A stretch of DNA of 64,000 nucleotides. Source: Methylobacter sp. Lineage in GTDB: Bacteria; Pseudomonadota; Gammaproteobacteria; Methylococcales; Methylomonadaceae. The notes beneath the pieces are model-generated. The model was not told the origin of the DNA, ran no database searches, and worked only from the letters and a program-made list of their open reading frames with translations. The translations under genes and the position numbers were made by a program. Where the stretch lies: positions 923 through 64,922 of the forward strand of contig JAUYMY010000008.1 in NCBI GenBank assembly GCA_030699385.1, read 5' to 3'. How positions within the stretch are numbered: the stretch's first letter is position 1; each line of letters starts with the position of its first letter. This document shows positions 31,046 to 39,930 of this stretch, in pieces.

Positions 31046-31791
31046 AAAAAGCAGTAACCGTAACGCCCATCATCGTATTTGGCTTGTTGTAGTTGCGCCG
31101 CACTCATCAGACCATCAATTTCTTCTGCAGATAAATCAAGATCATGGATCAAGTCTTCGCGGTAGCGAGTCACGGCATCCACCAGATAAACATTGGTCGG
31201 CGCCATTTGGCTGCTTAAATCAAGTTGCTCGATAAGCTCAAAGCCCAATGCTTCAGCCATGGAGAGATAAGTGTCGCGCGCAGGCAATCCGGGTTCTGCG
31301 GGCGATGGGCGCAGCGTCACCTCGTCCATGATAATAATTTGGCCGTCATCGGCCAACAATTCCAGCGCTTTGTTAAATAAATCAGTGGTATGAATATATT
31401 GCGCACTTTCCTGAAAAAGCATCAAGTCGAATTTTCGCGCATCGGAAAAGTCTTCCAGGCGTTGCTGAAAGACCGGCAGATCGGCACCGTGGACACTTTT
31501 GGCATAATTGATTTGATCAGCGTCGGGGGTAATGCCGGTGACGTCATAACCTGATTTAACCAGCGTGCTCAGCGTGCTGCCCAAACCAATGCCGACTTCA
31601 AGGATGCGGCAGGGACAAGGCGGCAAACGCGAAAACAGCAGCTCGGATGCGCGCTGCTGGGCTTTGATGACGTCATCATCGTCGCCCGGCTCGAATAGTC
31701 CGTAATGCAGATAGTCAAAAGCGCCATAGTCCTTACTGAGAATATGGGCGTAAACATTCAAGGGAAAGTTGAAATTTTTATAAAGCTGCAT
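31015..31791 (-). CDS. Class I SAM-dependent methyltransferase
   Basis: YLHYGLF, ILEVGIGLG motif I, FQESAQY. Confidence 0.85.
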   Translation of the reverse strand: MQLYKNFNFPLNVYAHILSKDYGAFDYLHYGLFEPGDDDDVIKAQQRASELLFSRLPPCPCRILEVGIGLGSTLSTLVKSGYDVTGITPDADQINYAKSVHGADLPVFQQRLEDFSDARKFDLMLFQESAQYIHTTDLFNKALELLADDGQIIIMDEVTLRPSPAEPGLPARDTYLSMAEALGFELIEQLDLSSQMAPTNVYLVDAVTRYREDLIHDLDLSAEEIDGLMSAAQLQQAKYDDGRYGYCFLCFKKKHLSQ

Positions 31792-31803
31792 GGTGTGTTC
31801 TCT

Positions 31804-33033
31804 CTATTTTATTTTGTAACAGCCTTTGCAATAATCAGGGAACAGTCCGTTCCACAAATTAAAGCGGGTATTTTCATACGTTTCATCAGCCAGCACATCG
31901 TCAATACTGTGCCGGGTCAGGTTCCAGTTTGGACTGATAGGCGTCTTGATTTGGCAGCACGGGGTGACGTCGCCGGACAGCAGCGCGTACAGCCATTCCT
32001 CGTCGCAATTGGCGCGAAGCCCGTTGGGGCGGCCGCTGTTGCTGTAAGCAATGCCTTCTTCAATGCAAAAATCTTCCACCGATTCAAGTTGCGCGAATGC
32101 CGCCTTACTATCGCGCTGAATAGCCGAGACTACCTGGCTTTGCGCCTCGCTAGTCAATGCCGGCAACTGCGCCTCAGGATAAATCGGCAGATAATTAGAC
32201 ATCGGGTTTAAGGGCTGAAAACTTTCGAAAATTTCAGCGCCATGCGCCTTGGCCAAGGCAACGATCTCGGGCAACTGGTCTTGTGTATGCGTAAACAACG
32301 TGCCTTTCAGACCAATGCGCGGGTAACGAAAGCCATGCTCATCGCGGTAAGTCGCCAAGCGTTTCATGCCGGTCAGCACTTGGTTCAAATCGCCGCCGAT
32401 GCGCGACTCGGCAAAAGTGGCGGCATCGGAGGAATCTATCGACACCGACACGTAAGCGATGCCGGACTCGCAGATTTTTTTTACATTCGAGGTGCTGAAG
32501 GTAGAGCCGTTAGAGACAATGACCACGCGTATGCCGCGATCCGTGGCCATTCGCGCCATATCGAAAAAACCTTTATGCATCAATGGCTCGCCTTCGCCGA
32601 CCAAAGCCAAAGTTTTAACGCTGGGAAAATTGTCCAGCACCTGCTGGAAATTTTCCGGGGTGATGTCTTTTTGTTCCATCTGTCGGCCGACGCAATACCA
32701 GCAACTGAAATTGCAGCGCGTGGTCGGCTCGATATTCAGGAAAGAGGGCGAACGCGACCACAGCCGTGCATCCACGGCTGTCGGCATCAGGCCATTCAGC
32801 TGGGAAAATGAATCTTCGGGAAGGAACCATTTGCCGCAGGATTCGCAGCAAATGACCCGACTGTTTTCCTGCCAGTGATTTTCGCCAAAGCGGACATGGG
32901 CAATGACGCTAAAGGCACCGTCCTGGCCGCAGGCGCTGCAATGCAGGGCCGGTTCCTGGCTAAGCGGCAAATGTCTAGGCAGGGGGCGCAGATGCGGATG
33001 GGCGCGGAGCCACAGGTCGCTAATATCGATCAT
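31804..33033 (-). CDS. Radical SAM protein with SPASM/twitch domain and an N-terminal Zn-ribbon-like Cys pair
   Basis: CNFSCWYC (CX3CX2C), GEGEP, C..GDVTPCC..C..C; CSACG and CCESCG. Confidence 0.88.
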   Translation of the reverse strand: MIDISDLWLRAHPHLRPLPRHLPLSQEPALHCSACGQDGAFSVIAHVRFGENHWQENSRVICCESCGKWFLPEDSFSQLNGLMPTAVDARLWSRSPSFLNIEPTTRCNFSCWYCVGRQMEQKDITPENFQQVLDNFPSVKTLALVGEGEPLMHKGFFDMARMATDRGIRVVIVSNGSTFSTSNVKKICESGIAYVSVSIDSSDAATFAESRIGGDLNQVLTGMKRLATYRDEHGFRYPRIGLKGTLFTHTQDQLPEIVALAKAHGAEIFESFQPLNPMSNYLPIYPEAQLPALTSEAQSQVVSAIQRDSKAAFAQLESVEDFCIEEGIAYSNSGRPNGLRANCDEEWLYALLSGDVTPCCQIKTPISPNWNLTRHSIDDVLADETYENTRFNLWNGLFPDYCKGCYKIK

Positions 33034-33059
33034 GGTGTTGTTCCTTAAAAGGCCGCCAG

Positions 33060-34364
33060 CTAGAGTGCCGACTTTGATTCTAGTTTGGAGTGACCGGCAA
33101 GAGTTTGCCAGGAATGCGCTAAGTCGACTAAGCCGGGTTCAGGCCGCGTATCGTCAATGGTCAGTGTCGCAATTTGCACGGTCTCGTAGAGATAGACAGC
33201 GGTTTCGCAACCGAGATGGGCAAAAATCAGATATTCGCCTTTTCTGAGCGGTAAAGCGGGGTAGTCGATTTGCACTTCGCCGCGCCCTTGTTCATCGCGC
33301 TGAATAGTGATTTGTTCGGACAGGCTCACCGCGCAAGCCACTACAATATGCGCGCCTTGTTTGAAGCTAAAGCCTATTGAAGGGACAGGCAGCTCAGGAT
33401 CCGATGCAAATTGAACCCGAATCGATAAATGATTTTCTGTCGGTCGACCACTAAACTCATGACCGATGTTACCGTCCAGGCTAACTTCAATCAACGTAAA
33501 ACGGGCATAGCCTTGTGGCGCCTGAACCACTGTTTCCTGAACAACTTCCGCCACGGCCACCGGCTGGACAGGTGCAATCTGCTGGCTATCGCCTAACAGA
33601 AAATCGCTATAGCGCTGCACCACGTCTTGAGACTTACCCAAGTGCTGGCATTCGCCATGATCCAGCCACAATACCCGGTCGCAGAACACTTCAACCTGAT
33701 ACAAGGTGTGCGAACAAAACAAAATGGTCTTGCCGGCTTCTTTCATGCTACGGATACGGTCAAACGATTTGCGGGCAAACTCGCCATCACCTACCGATAA
33801 GGCCTCATCCACCACCAAAATGTCAGGGTCGACACTGGTCGCGACAGAAAATGCCAAACGCACATACATGCCGCTGGAATAGGTTTTGACCGGCTGGTCG
33901 ATAAACTCGCGGATACCGGAAAAGTCGACAATCTCTTCAAAACGCGCATCGATTTCGTGTTTGGGCAATCCCATAATAGACGCCGACAAATACACGTTTT
34001 CTCGCCCGCTAAACTCAGGATTGAAACCGGCGCCAAGCTCCAGTAGCGCGGTGATGCGACCATTCACTTGGACGTTGCCGGAGGTGGGTGTGAGCGTTCC
34101 GCAAAGTAATTGCAGCAAAGTCGATTTACCCGCGCCATTGCGGCCAATAATGCCCAGCACCTCGCCTTTGCCGACTTCAAAGCTGACATCGCGTAAGGCC
34201 CAAAATTCACGAAAATACTGCTTTCTGCCGCGCCATAAAAACTGTTTTAGACGGTCATGCGGCTGCTCGTAAAGCTGGTAGCACTTGCTTAAATTATTGA
34301 TGCTGATCGCGGCGACATCCGTACTGGCTGCGGCTGTCTGTTGTGTTAATTCAATTGGCTTCAT
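33060..34364 (-). CDS. wzt: Polysaccharide ABC transporter ATPase with C-terminal carbohydrate-binding domain
   Basis: GRNGAGKST, YSSGM, DEALSVGD; about 150-aa Wzt_C extension. Confidence 0.93.
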   Translation of the reverse strand: MKPIELTQQTAAASTDVAAISINNLSKCYQLYEQPHDRLKQFLWRGRKQYFREFWALRDVSFEVGKGEVLGIIGRNGAGKSTLLQLLCGTLTPTSGNVQVNGRITALLELGAGFNPEFSGRENVYLSASIMGLPKHEIDARFEEIVDFSGIREFIDQPVKTYSSGMYVRLAFSVATSVDPDILVVDEALSVGDGEFARKSFDRIRSMKEAGKTILFCSHTLYQVEVFCDRVLWLDHGECQHLGKSQDVVQRYSDFLLGDSQQIAPVQPVAVAEVVQETVVQAPQGYARFTLIEVSLDGNIGHEFSGRPTENHLSIRVQFASDPELPVPSIGFSFKQGAHIVVACAVSLSEQITIQRDEQGRGEVQIDYPALPLRKGEYLIFAHLGCETAVYLYETVQIATLTIDDTRPEPGLVDLAHSWQTLAGHSKLESKSAL

Positions 34365-34513
34365 CTTAATTAATCGTTAAGCTGCCCCGGAAGCGTTAAT
34401 GCTTCAGGCAGGCGGTCCTGTTTATGTCCCATGCGAGTCATTGCATCTTGACGCAGGCGAAAGTCTCATCAATTTTCCTGTACGCTATTTTTATGCCGCC
34501 CAGATAACTAAGT

Positions 34514-35317
34514 TCACAGCACATCGGCAAAACCTTTTCTGGTTTTTTCAAACCAAAATAGCCCCAGACAAGCAATAACGATAGCGACAGCGCTGTAAAT
34601 GCCCAGATAATTCCAATCCGGTTGTTTGCCCCAAAGCAAAATATTGCGCACTTGCTCGACGATAAAAGTGATAGGGTTTAAAAACAGGTAGCCACTCACG
34701 CTTTCCGGCAAGGCGCTCAGAGGATAAAAAATAGGGCTCATGAACATCAACACCGTGATCGCCATACCGACCAGTTGCCCTATGTCACGGATAAAAACTC
34801 CGAGCGAGGCCAGCAGCCAGGATAAACCCATAATCAGCAGCAGCAACGGCAACAACACAATCGGCAGCCACAGCATTGTCCAGAAAAAACCGTGGCCGAG
34901 TATCGCCAAAAACACTAACAACACCCCCAGACTGATGCTGGTATGAAACAAGGCCGAGCCCAGTGCGACCCACGGCAAGATTTCGAGCGGAAAAATAACC
35001 TTTTTGACGTAATTGACATTGCTCAAAATCAGATTGGGCGCGCGCAAAATGCACTCAGAAAAAAGATTGAACACCATTAAACCGGCAAACAGCACCAAGG
35101 CAAACTCATATTGATCAACATCACCTTGCCCCCAACGCGCCTTGAACACAAAACCAAAGACAAAGGTGTAAACCGCCAACATCAGCACCGGGTTTACAAA
35201 CGACCACAGCAAGCCCAGAAATGAACCACGGTAGCGGCCTATCACTTCACGTTTGACCAGTTGCAGGATGAGGGGGTAATGACTCAGTAGACTGAGGAAT
35301 GGATTAAAAAAACGCAA
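34514..35317 (-). CDS. wzm: Polysaccharide ABC transporter permease
   Basis: RYRGSFLGLLW, NYVKKVIFP, FMSPIFYP; start codon uncertain (35317 to 35395). Confidence 0.92.
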   Translation of the reverse strand: MRFFNPFLSLLSHYPLILQLVKREVIGRYRGSFLGLLWSFVNPVLMLAVYTFVFGFVFKARWGQGDVDQYEFALVLFAGLMVFNLFSECILRAPNLILSNVNYVKKVIFPLEILPWVALGSALFHTSISLGVLLVFLAILGHGFFWTMLWLPIVLLPLLLLIMGLSWLLASLGVFIRDIGQLVGMAITVLMFMSPIFYPLSALPESVSGYLFLNPITFIVEQVRNILLWGKQPDWNYLGIYSAVAIVIACLGLFWFEKTRKGFADVL

Positions 35318-35441
35318 TGTTGTCGAAGTCAAAATATCAGAAAAAGTTACGAGTCCTAAAATTTCATTATCGCAGATAAAAAAGCGGCACGACAATTGTT
35401 TTATCGGAAAACCAGGCCGCGGCTATCGGCTGCAAAACCTA

Positions 35442-36131
35442 TTACTCAGTTTGTTCGCCGCTTGCAACATGGCTTAAATAATTAATATCCTTAATCTCCA
35501 AGTTATTGCCATTACGCACAATCACGCCGTGAGTTTGTAATTTTTGAAACACGCGGGTGACGGTTTCGCGGGTGACGTTAATCATAATGGCGATCTCCTG
35601 ATGCGTTGGTGCAAGCACAATAAGCTGCTCCCCAGCCGGTGTTTTTATGGTTAAGCGGATCAATTGCGCGCAAACACGTTGCAACGGCGACGGCATGGTC
35701 AGCAAAGTCCGTTGCGTGAGCGCTTCACGCAACCGCTTCGCCAGTCGGGCATTGATCAGCGCGGCCACTTGCGGCACTTCATTAACCAACTGCAAAATAA
35801 TCTTAGCGGGCACTGTGATAAAGCGCGACGGCACCAACGAGATCACCATTTCATGCGTAGGCAGTTGATCAACCACGGCAAGCTCGCCAAAAAAATCGTT
35901 CGGCTCGACAAAATAAAGCCCGGCTTCGCGTCCGTCCAGCGTAATGTCAACGCCTTGCAGCCTGCCATCCAGTAACAGACCCAACGAGTGGGCGAGTTGA
36001 TTTTTTTCCATGACCACTTTGCGCCGGGGCACTTCCACCAGCTGCGCATATTGACTGAGCTGACGAATAACCTCAGCCGGGAGCGGCTTGAACAGATCAA
36101 ACTGCTTAAGCAGCAGCGGATCAACAGACAT
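35442..36131 (-). CDS. Crp/Fnr-family transcriptional regulator
   Basis: cNMP-binding fold (FFGELA) plus HTH THQEIAIMINVTRETVTR. Confidence 0.92.
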   Translation of the reverse strand: MSVDPLLLKQFDLFKPLPAEVIRQLSQYAQLVEVPRRKVVMEKNQLAHSLGLLLDGRLQGVDITLDGREAGLYFVEPNDFFGELAVVDQLPTHEMVISLVPSRFITVPAKIILQLVNEVPQVAALINARLAKRLREALTQRTLLTMPSPLQRVCAQLIRLTIKTPAGEQLIVLAPTHQEIAIMINVTRETVTRVFQKLQTHGVIVRNGNNLEIKDINYLSHVASGEQTE

Positions 36132-36328
36132 GAAGAAACAAAAATTTTGTCAAAAACAAATAAGTCCTATCTGTAGTATTTAGAATTTTTTAGGGAGGGC
36201 TAAAGTCTGGCGCTGAACCTGATACTCGGTTTCGTTTTTTATTATAGGGTAGTCATTGTTTGGCTGTCATCATTTTGCTGTTTTTTGAAGGCGATAAAAA
36301 TGCTTGTTTATAGGAAATAGTTGGCGCG

Positions 36329-36344
36329 TGTGATTCTAGGCACA
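36329..36344. promoter_or_regulatory. CRP-type binding site in the crp/fecR divergent promoter
   Basis: TGTGA-TTCTAG-GCACA (9/10 match to TGTGA-N6-TCACA); candidate -10 TAGTAT at 36365-36370. Confidence 0.7.
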
Positions 36345-36409
36345 GCGCAAAATCAGATATAAGGTAGTATGCAGCGATTAAATGAAATTGTACCCACAAA
36401 GGAACAATA

Positions 36410-37978
36410 ATGAATAACTCAATAATAGTAAGTTGCTTCAAAGCGCTTGATGCCTTCAAGTGGCAGTGGCGCGAGATGACAGTAGCCATCTTGCTGGTAT
36501 TGTTTGCCGTCCCGCCATTAAGCGCTAACGAACAAAATCAACCGGATATAGCGGGGCAAGTCACACTGGTCATCGGTCAGGCGGTAGCGCATAACCAAAA
36601 AGGCGAACGGCATCTATTGAAACGCGGCGACTCGGTTTATGTTGCAGACAGGATAGAAACCGGCGCCGGGGGACATGTGCATTTACGTTTTATCGATGAC
36701 GGCACCGTTAGCTTGCGCCCTAACAGCCGTTTGAGCATTGAGCTTTATCGTTACGACAGGGTGCATCCTAACAACAGCGCGATTCGTTTCAATCTGGAAA
36801 CCGGCGTTATCCGTAGTATTTCCGGAAAAGCCACCGAAGCCGCACATGACCGATTCCGCCTTAATACGCCGATTACTGCGATTGGTGTCTTGGGCACTGA
36901 TTTTGTCGTGCGCGCCGAATCGGAAAAAATGTGGGCCGGTGTCTATTCAGGTGCGATTGCTATCGCTCCGCTCAACGCCCAGTGTTCGGCTAATGGACTC
37001 GGCACCTGCGCCGGAGCGACGCATTTATCCGACACCATGGGCAGTGTTATGCTTGAATTTAGCGGCGGCATCATCAGGGAAAAAATAGTGCCGCGCGACC
37101 AGACAATCCTGCCGAATGTGAGTCATGCCGATGGCGAAAAGCCGAATCAAACCGCCGCGCCAGCAATACCACCTACACGCACAGCCGGCCTTGAAAATAG
37201 CAACAACAACGATGTAACGTCAAATGCGGGATCAGGACGCATGACGGTTGCCGAAATGAAGGCAACTGGCGTCACTACTCAGTTGGATGTAACTAAGCAA
37301 AATAATCAACAACCAGTACAGCCAGAGCCAGTAATACCGGTAGTACAACCAGAGCCGGTAATGCCGGTACCAGTAATCCCAGTAGTGCAGCCAGAACCAG
37401 TGATTCCCGTAGTACAGCCAGATCCAATCATACCGGTACAACCAGAGCCAATCATCATACCGACACCACCCGCCCCATTTACCTGGGCTCGCTGGGGCGG
37501 CCAATGGAAAGGGGATAGCATGAGCCAACCTTACGGTGAGGTGCGAGACGGTAAAAAAGTGACCGTCGGCAACAAATATTTTGCGCTATTTCGCACACCC
37601 TCAGCAGTGTCCGAACTGCAACCCCGGACAGGCGCTTATGATTTTAAATTAAGCCAAGGCCAGGTTCATTTTATTAGCAACGGCCCAACTTGGCAGAAAG
37701 ATAAAATCACTCTTGCTAATCTAGATGCGGCGACACTGCATGTGGATTTCGCCCAGCGGCAGTTTAATACCCACTTGGAAATGAGCAATCTAAAGCAAGA
37801 ATCAGCCATTCTTACTATGTCCGGCTCTATTCGGGACAATGGCGTTTTCGCTGCAAAGGATACAACCGGACAAGTGGCAGGGGCACTATCAACAGAAGGC
37901 GGACATGCAGGCATGTTTTTCGAGCGCGAGATTCAGTCGGGAACTTTCCACGGCATCACGGATTGGACCAAACACTAA
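36410..37978 (+). CDS. Exported FecR-domain protein with Pro-rich linker and C-terminal TbpB-like beta-barrel
   Basis: Signal peptide; D.IETG, F.D.G, TPITAIGVLGTDF (FecR); PVQPEPVIP repeats; C-terminal LHVDFAQRQF..GQVAG..AGMFF strands. Confidence 0.75.
   Translation: MNNSIIVSCFKALDAFKWQWREMTVAILLVLFAVPPLSANEQNQPDIAGQVTLVIGQAVAHNQKGERHLLKRGDSVYVADRIETGAGGHVHLRFIDDGTVSLRPNSRLSIELYRYDRVHPNNSAIRFNLETGVIRSISGKATEAAHDRFRLNTPITAIGVLGTDFVVRAESEKMWAGVYSGAIAIAPLNAQCSANGLGTCAGATHLSDTMGSVMLEFSGGIIREKIVPRDQTILPNVSHADGEKPNQTAAPAIPPTRTAGLENSNNNDVTSNAGSGRMTVAEMKATGVTTQLDVTKQNNQQPVQPEPVIPVVQPEPVMPVPVIPVVQPEPVIPVVQPDPIIPVQPEPIIIPTPPAPFTWARWGGQWKGDSMSQPYGEVRDGKKVTVGNKYFALFRTPSAVSELQPRTGAYDFKLSQGQVHFISNGPTWQKDKITLANLDAATLHVDFAQRQFNTHLEMSNLKQESAILTMSGSIRDNGVFAAKDTTGQVAGALSTEGGHAGMFFEREIQSGTFHGITDWTKH
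37312..37476 (+). repeat. Coding Pro-rich repeat, about five (V)QP(E/D)P(V/I)(I/M)P units
   Basis: Protein-level repeat with synonymously diverged codons. Confidence 0.85.
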
Positions 37979-39930
37979 TGCCAACCGAATCGTTACTTAA
38001 AAACCGTTTCACGCCCTTCATCGTTGCCGCAACACTGACGCTGACCGTCAGTGTGTTTTGGGCGGAACCTTTTTCCAGCATTGAAGCCGTAGTCGGCGAT
38101 CAGCTATGGCAGTTAATGGACAGCAGCAACCCGGTTAATCGGGAACGGCGCGTAGTCGTCATCGACATTGATGAAGCCAGCATTGCCCGTTATGGCGCGT
38201 GGCCGTGGCCGCGCGAGCGTACCGCCGCTCTGTTAGCAAGCCTGGCCGAGCAAGGCGTGGCTCAACGCATTGTCGACATCACCTTTCCCGATGCCAAACC
38301 GGGCGACAATCAACTGGCAACAGAATTACTGAAAACGCCGACCGTCCTGGCACAAGTCTTAGCCATTAATGCAGACCATCCCGTGAACAGAGGACAGCCG
38401 CAAGGCGCCCTGTCTACGGCACTATGCCCCGGACAATTCCCCGAAGCTAACGGCATAATCGCCAACGCGCCGCACCTTCGTGCCGCTAGCGCCGGGCACA
38501 TTACCCCGCAGATTGCAGCCGATGGCGTTATCCGACAGTTGTCGGCGATTATCTGTTATCAGAACAAAGCCTATGCCACCTTGGCCTTGGCCGCGATAGC
38601 CGAAGGCGCGGGCCTCGCACCCGATTTTACCGTTGTTGCCGGCAACCAATGGCTGCAACCGATAGCCACACTGCGCCATCCAGGACTTCCCGGATTTTCG
38701 GTGCCCATCAGCCAGCAAGGCAACATCCTGTTGCCTTGGTGGATGTCACGCGCCGCCATCATTTCCTTGTCGGCCCAAGATGTCATGGAAGGCAATGTTC
38801 CAGCCGGTTACCTGAAAGGCACCTGGGCGCTGATGGGCGCAACCGCGTTCAGTATAGGCGACACCGTTTCGACGCCACAAGCAGGAACAGCCAGCGGCGT
38901 CGAAGTTCATGCGCAACTGCTGACCGCACTGCTGGATGGCCGCATACCCTATCAGCCGCGCGGCGCAATACCGCTGCAAATCGGCTGGATGGCGCTATCA
39001 GCCTTATTAATACTGAGCGCCAGCTATTTTCGCGGCGGCGTATTGCGCGTCTACGCCCCGCTATTAACCGGCCTGCTGCTGTTGACTGCAAGTGCAGCCT
39101 TGCACATCAATTTGCTCTGGGCTTTTAGCCTCTGGCTGCCATGGATGACTCCGGCATTTTTTATTCTGTCGCTGGTCACTTTAATCACCACACAAGGCTA
39201 TTTGAGTAGCCGCGCCGAAGGCGACCTGCTTTACCGCAATCTTTCCAGTTATCTGCCAACCCATGTCGCCAAACAGATAGCCCAACAAGAACCGGGCAGT
39301 ACGCTAAATGCGCATCACGAGCAAGTCATTGTCCTGTATGCGGATTTAAGAAATTTCTCGGCTTGGTGCGATCAATTACCGGCAGAACAAGCGGGTGCGC
39401 TGCTGCATAATTTCTACACCTTCACCAGCAAAATCATCCATCAGCAAGGCGGCGTCGTTGAAGAATATGTCGGCGATGCAGTCATGGGCGTATGGCGCAA
39501 CGGTTCTACCGATTTACGGCCTCTGATCGCCGCCAAAAGCATGGTCTTGACCGGAGAGCAGCTGTTCGGCGCCGAAACCAACATCAACACATTACCGCCC
39601 TTAGCGGTCGGTATCGGCATCGAACAGGGCGAAGTTTTAGTCGGCGCATTTGGCCCAGCTCGCCGCCGCACCCACACCCTACTCGGTAGAACCGTGACCA
39701 CAGCCATACGCTTGCAGGCCATGACCGGCGAACTGTCGCAACCTATCGTCTGCGGCGAAAATGTGGCTAAAAACTGGAAAGAGCAGGTAAGTATCATCTC
39801 GCTGGGTAATTTTCTGCTGCAAGACAGACCACAGCCGACCGAACTGTTCGTACCGGAAATCGACTACGGCCAGATAAATTCGCCGTCTGCTAAGCCCCTA
39901 CAAACGGAGTTAGTGGTAGATATCGGGTGA
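37978..39930 (+). CDS. CHASE2-domain class III nucleotide cyclase (membrane-bound)
   Basis: VVIDIDEASI..G.WPWPR, DGVIR, GVEVHA (CHASE2); 3 TM; YADLRNFS, GDA, AIRL (cyclase). Confidence 0.9.
   Translation: MPTESLLKNRFTPFIVAATLTLTVSVFWAEPFSSIEAVVGDQLWQLMDSSNPVNRERRVVVIDIDEASIARYGAWPWPRERTAALLASLAEQGVAQRIVDITFPDAKPGDNQLATELLKTPTVLAQVLAINADHPVNRGQPQGALSTALCPGQFPEANGIIANAPHLRAASAGHITPQIAADGVIRQLSAIICYQNKAYATLALAAIAEGAGLAPDFTVVAGNQWLQPIATLRHPGLPGFSVPISQQGNILLPWWMSRAAIISLSAQDVMEGNVPAGYLKGTWALMGATAFSIGDTVSTPQAGTASGVEVHAQLLTALLDGRIPYQPRGAIPLQIGWMALSALLILSASYFRGGVLRVYAPLLTGLLLLTASAALHINLLWAFSLWLPWMTPAFFILSLVTLITTQGYLSSRAEGDLLYRNLSSYLPTHVAKQIAQQEPGSTLNAHHEQVIVLYADLRNFSAWCDQLPAEQAGALLHNFYTFTSKIIHQQGGVVEEYVGDAVMGVWRNGSTDLRPLIAAKSMVLTGEQLFGAETNINTLPPLAVGIGIEQGEVLVGAFGPARRRTHTLLGRTVTTAIRLQAMTGELSQPIVCGENVAKNWKEQVSIISLGNFLLQDRPQPTELFVPEIDYGQINSPSAKPLQTELVVDIG

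Noticed and set aside
36410-37978. Classical FecIRA iron-uptake signalling
   Set aside because: No ECF sigma factor, no TonB-dependent receptor and no evident Fur box
37978-39930. Cyclase plus cNMP-binding protein as a Pycsar anti-phage system
   Set aside because: The cyclase has a periplasmic CHASE2 sensor and the partner is an HTH transcription factor, not a TIR or TM effector
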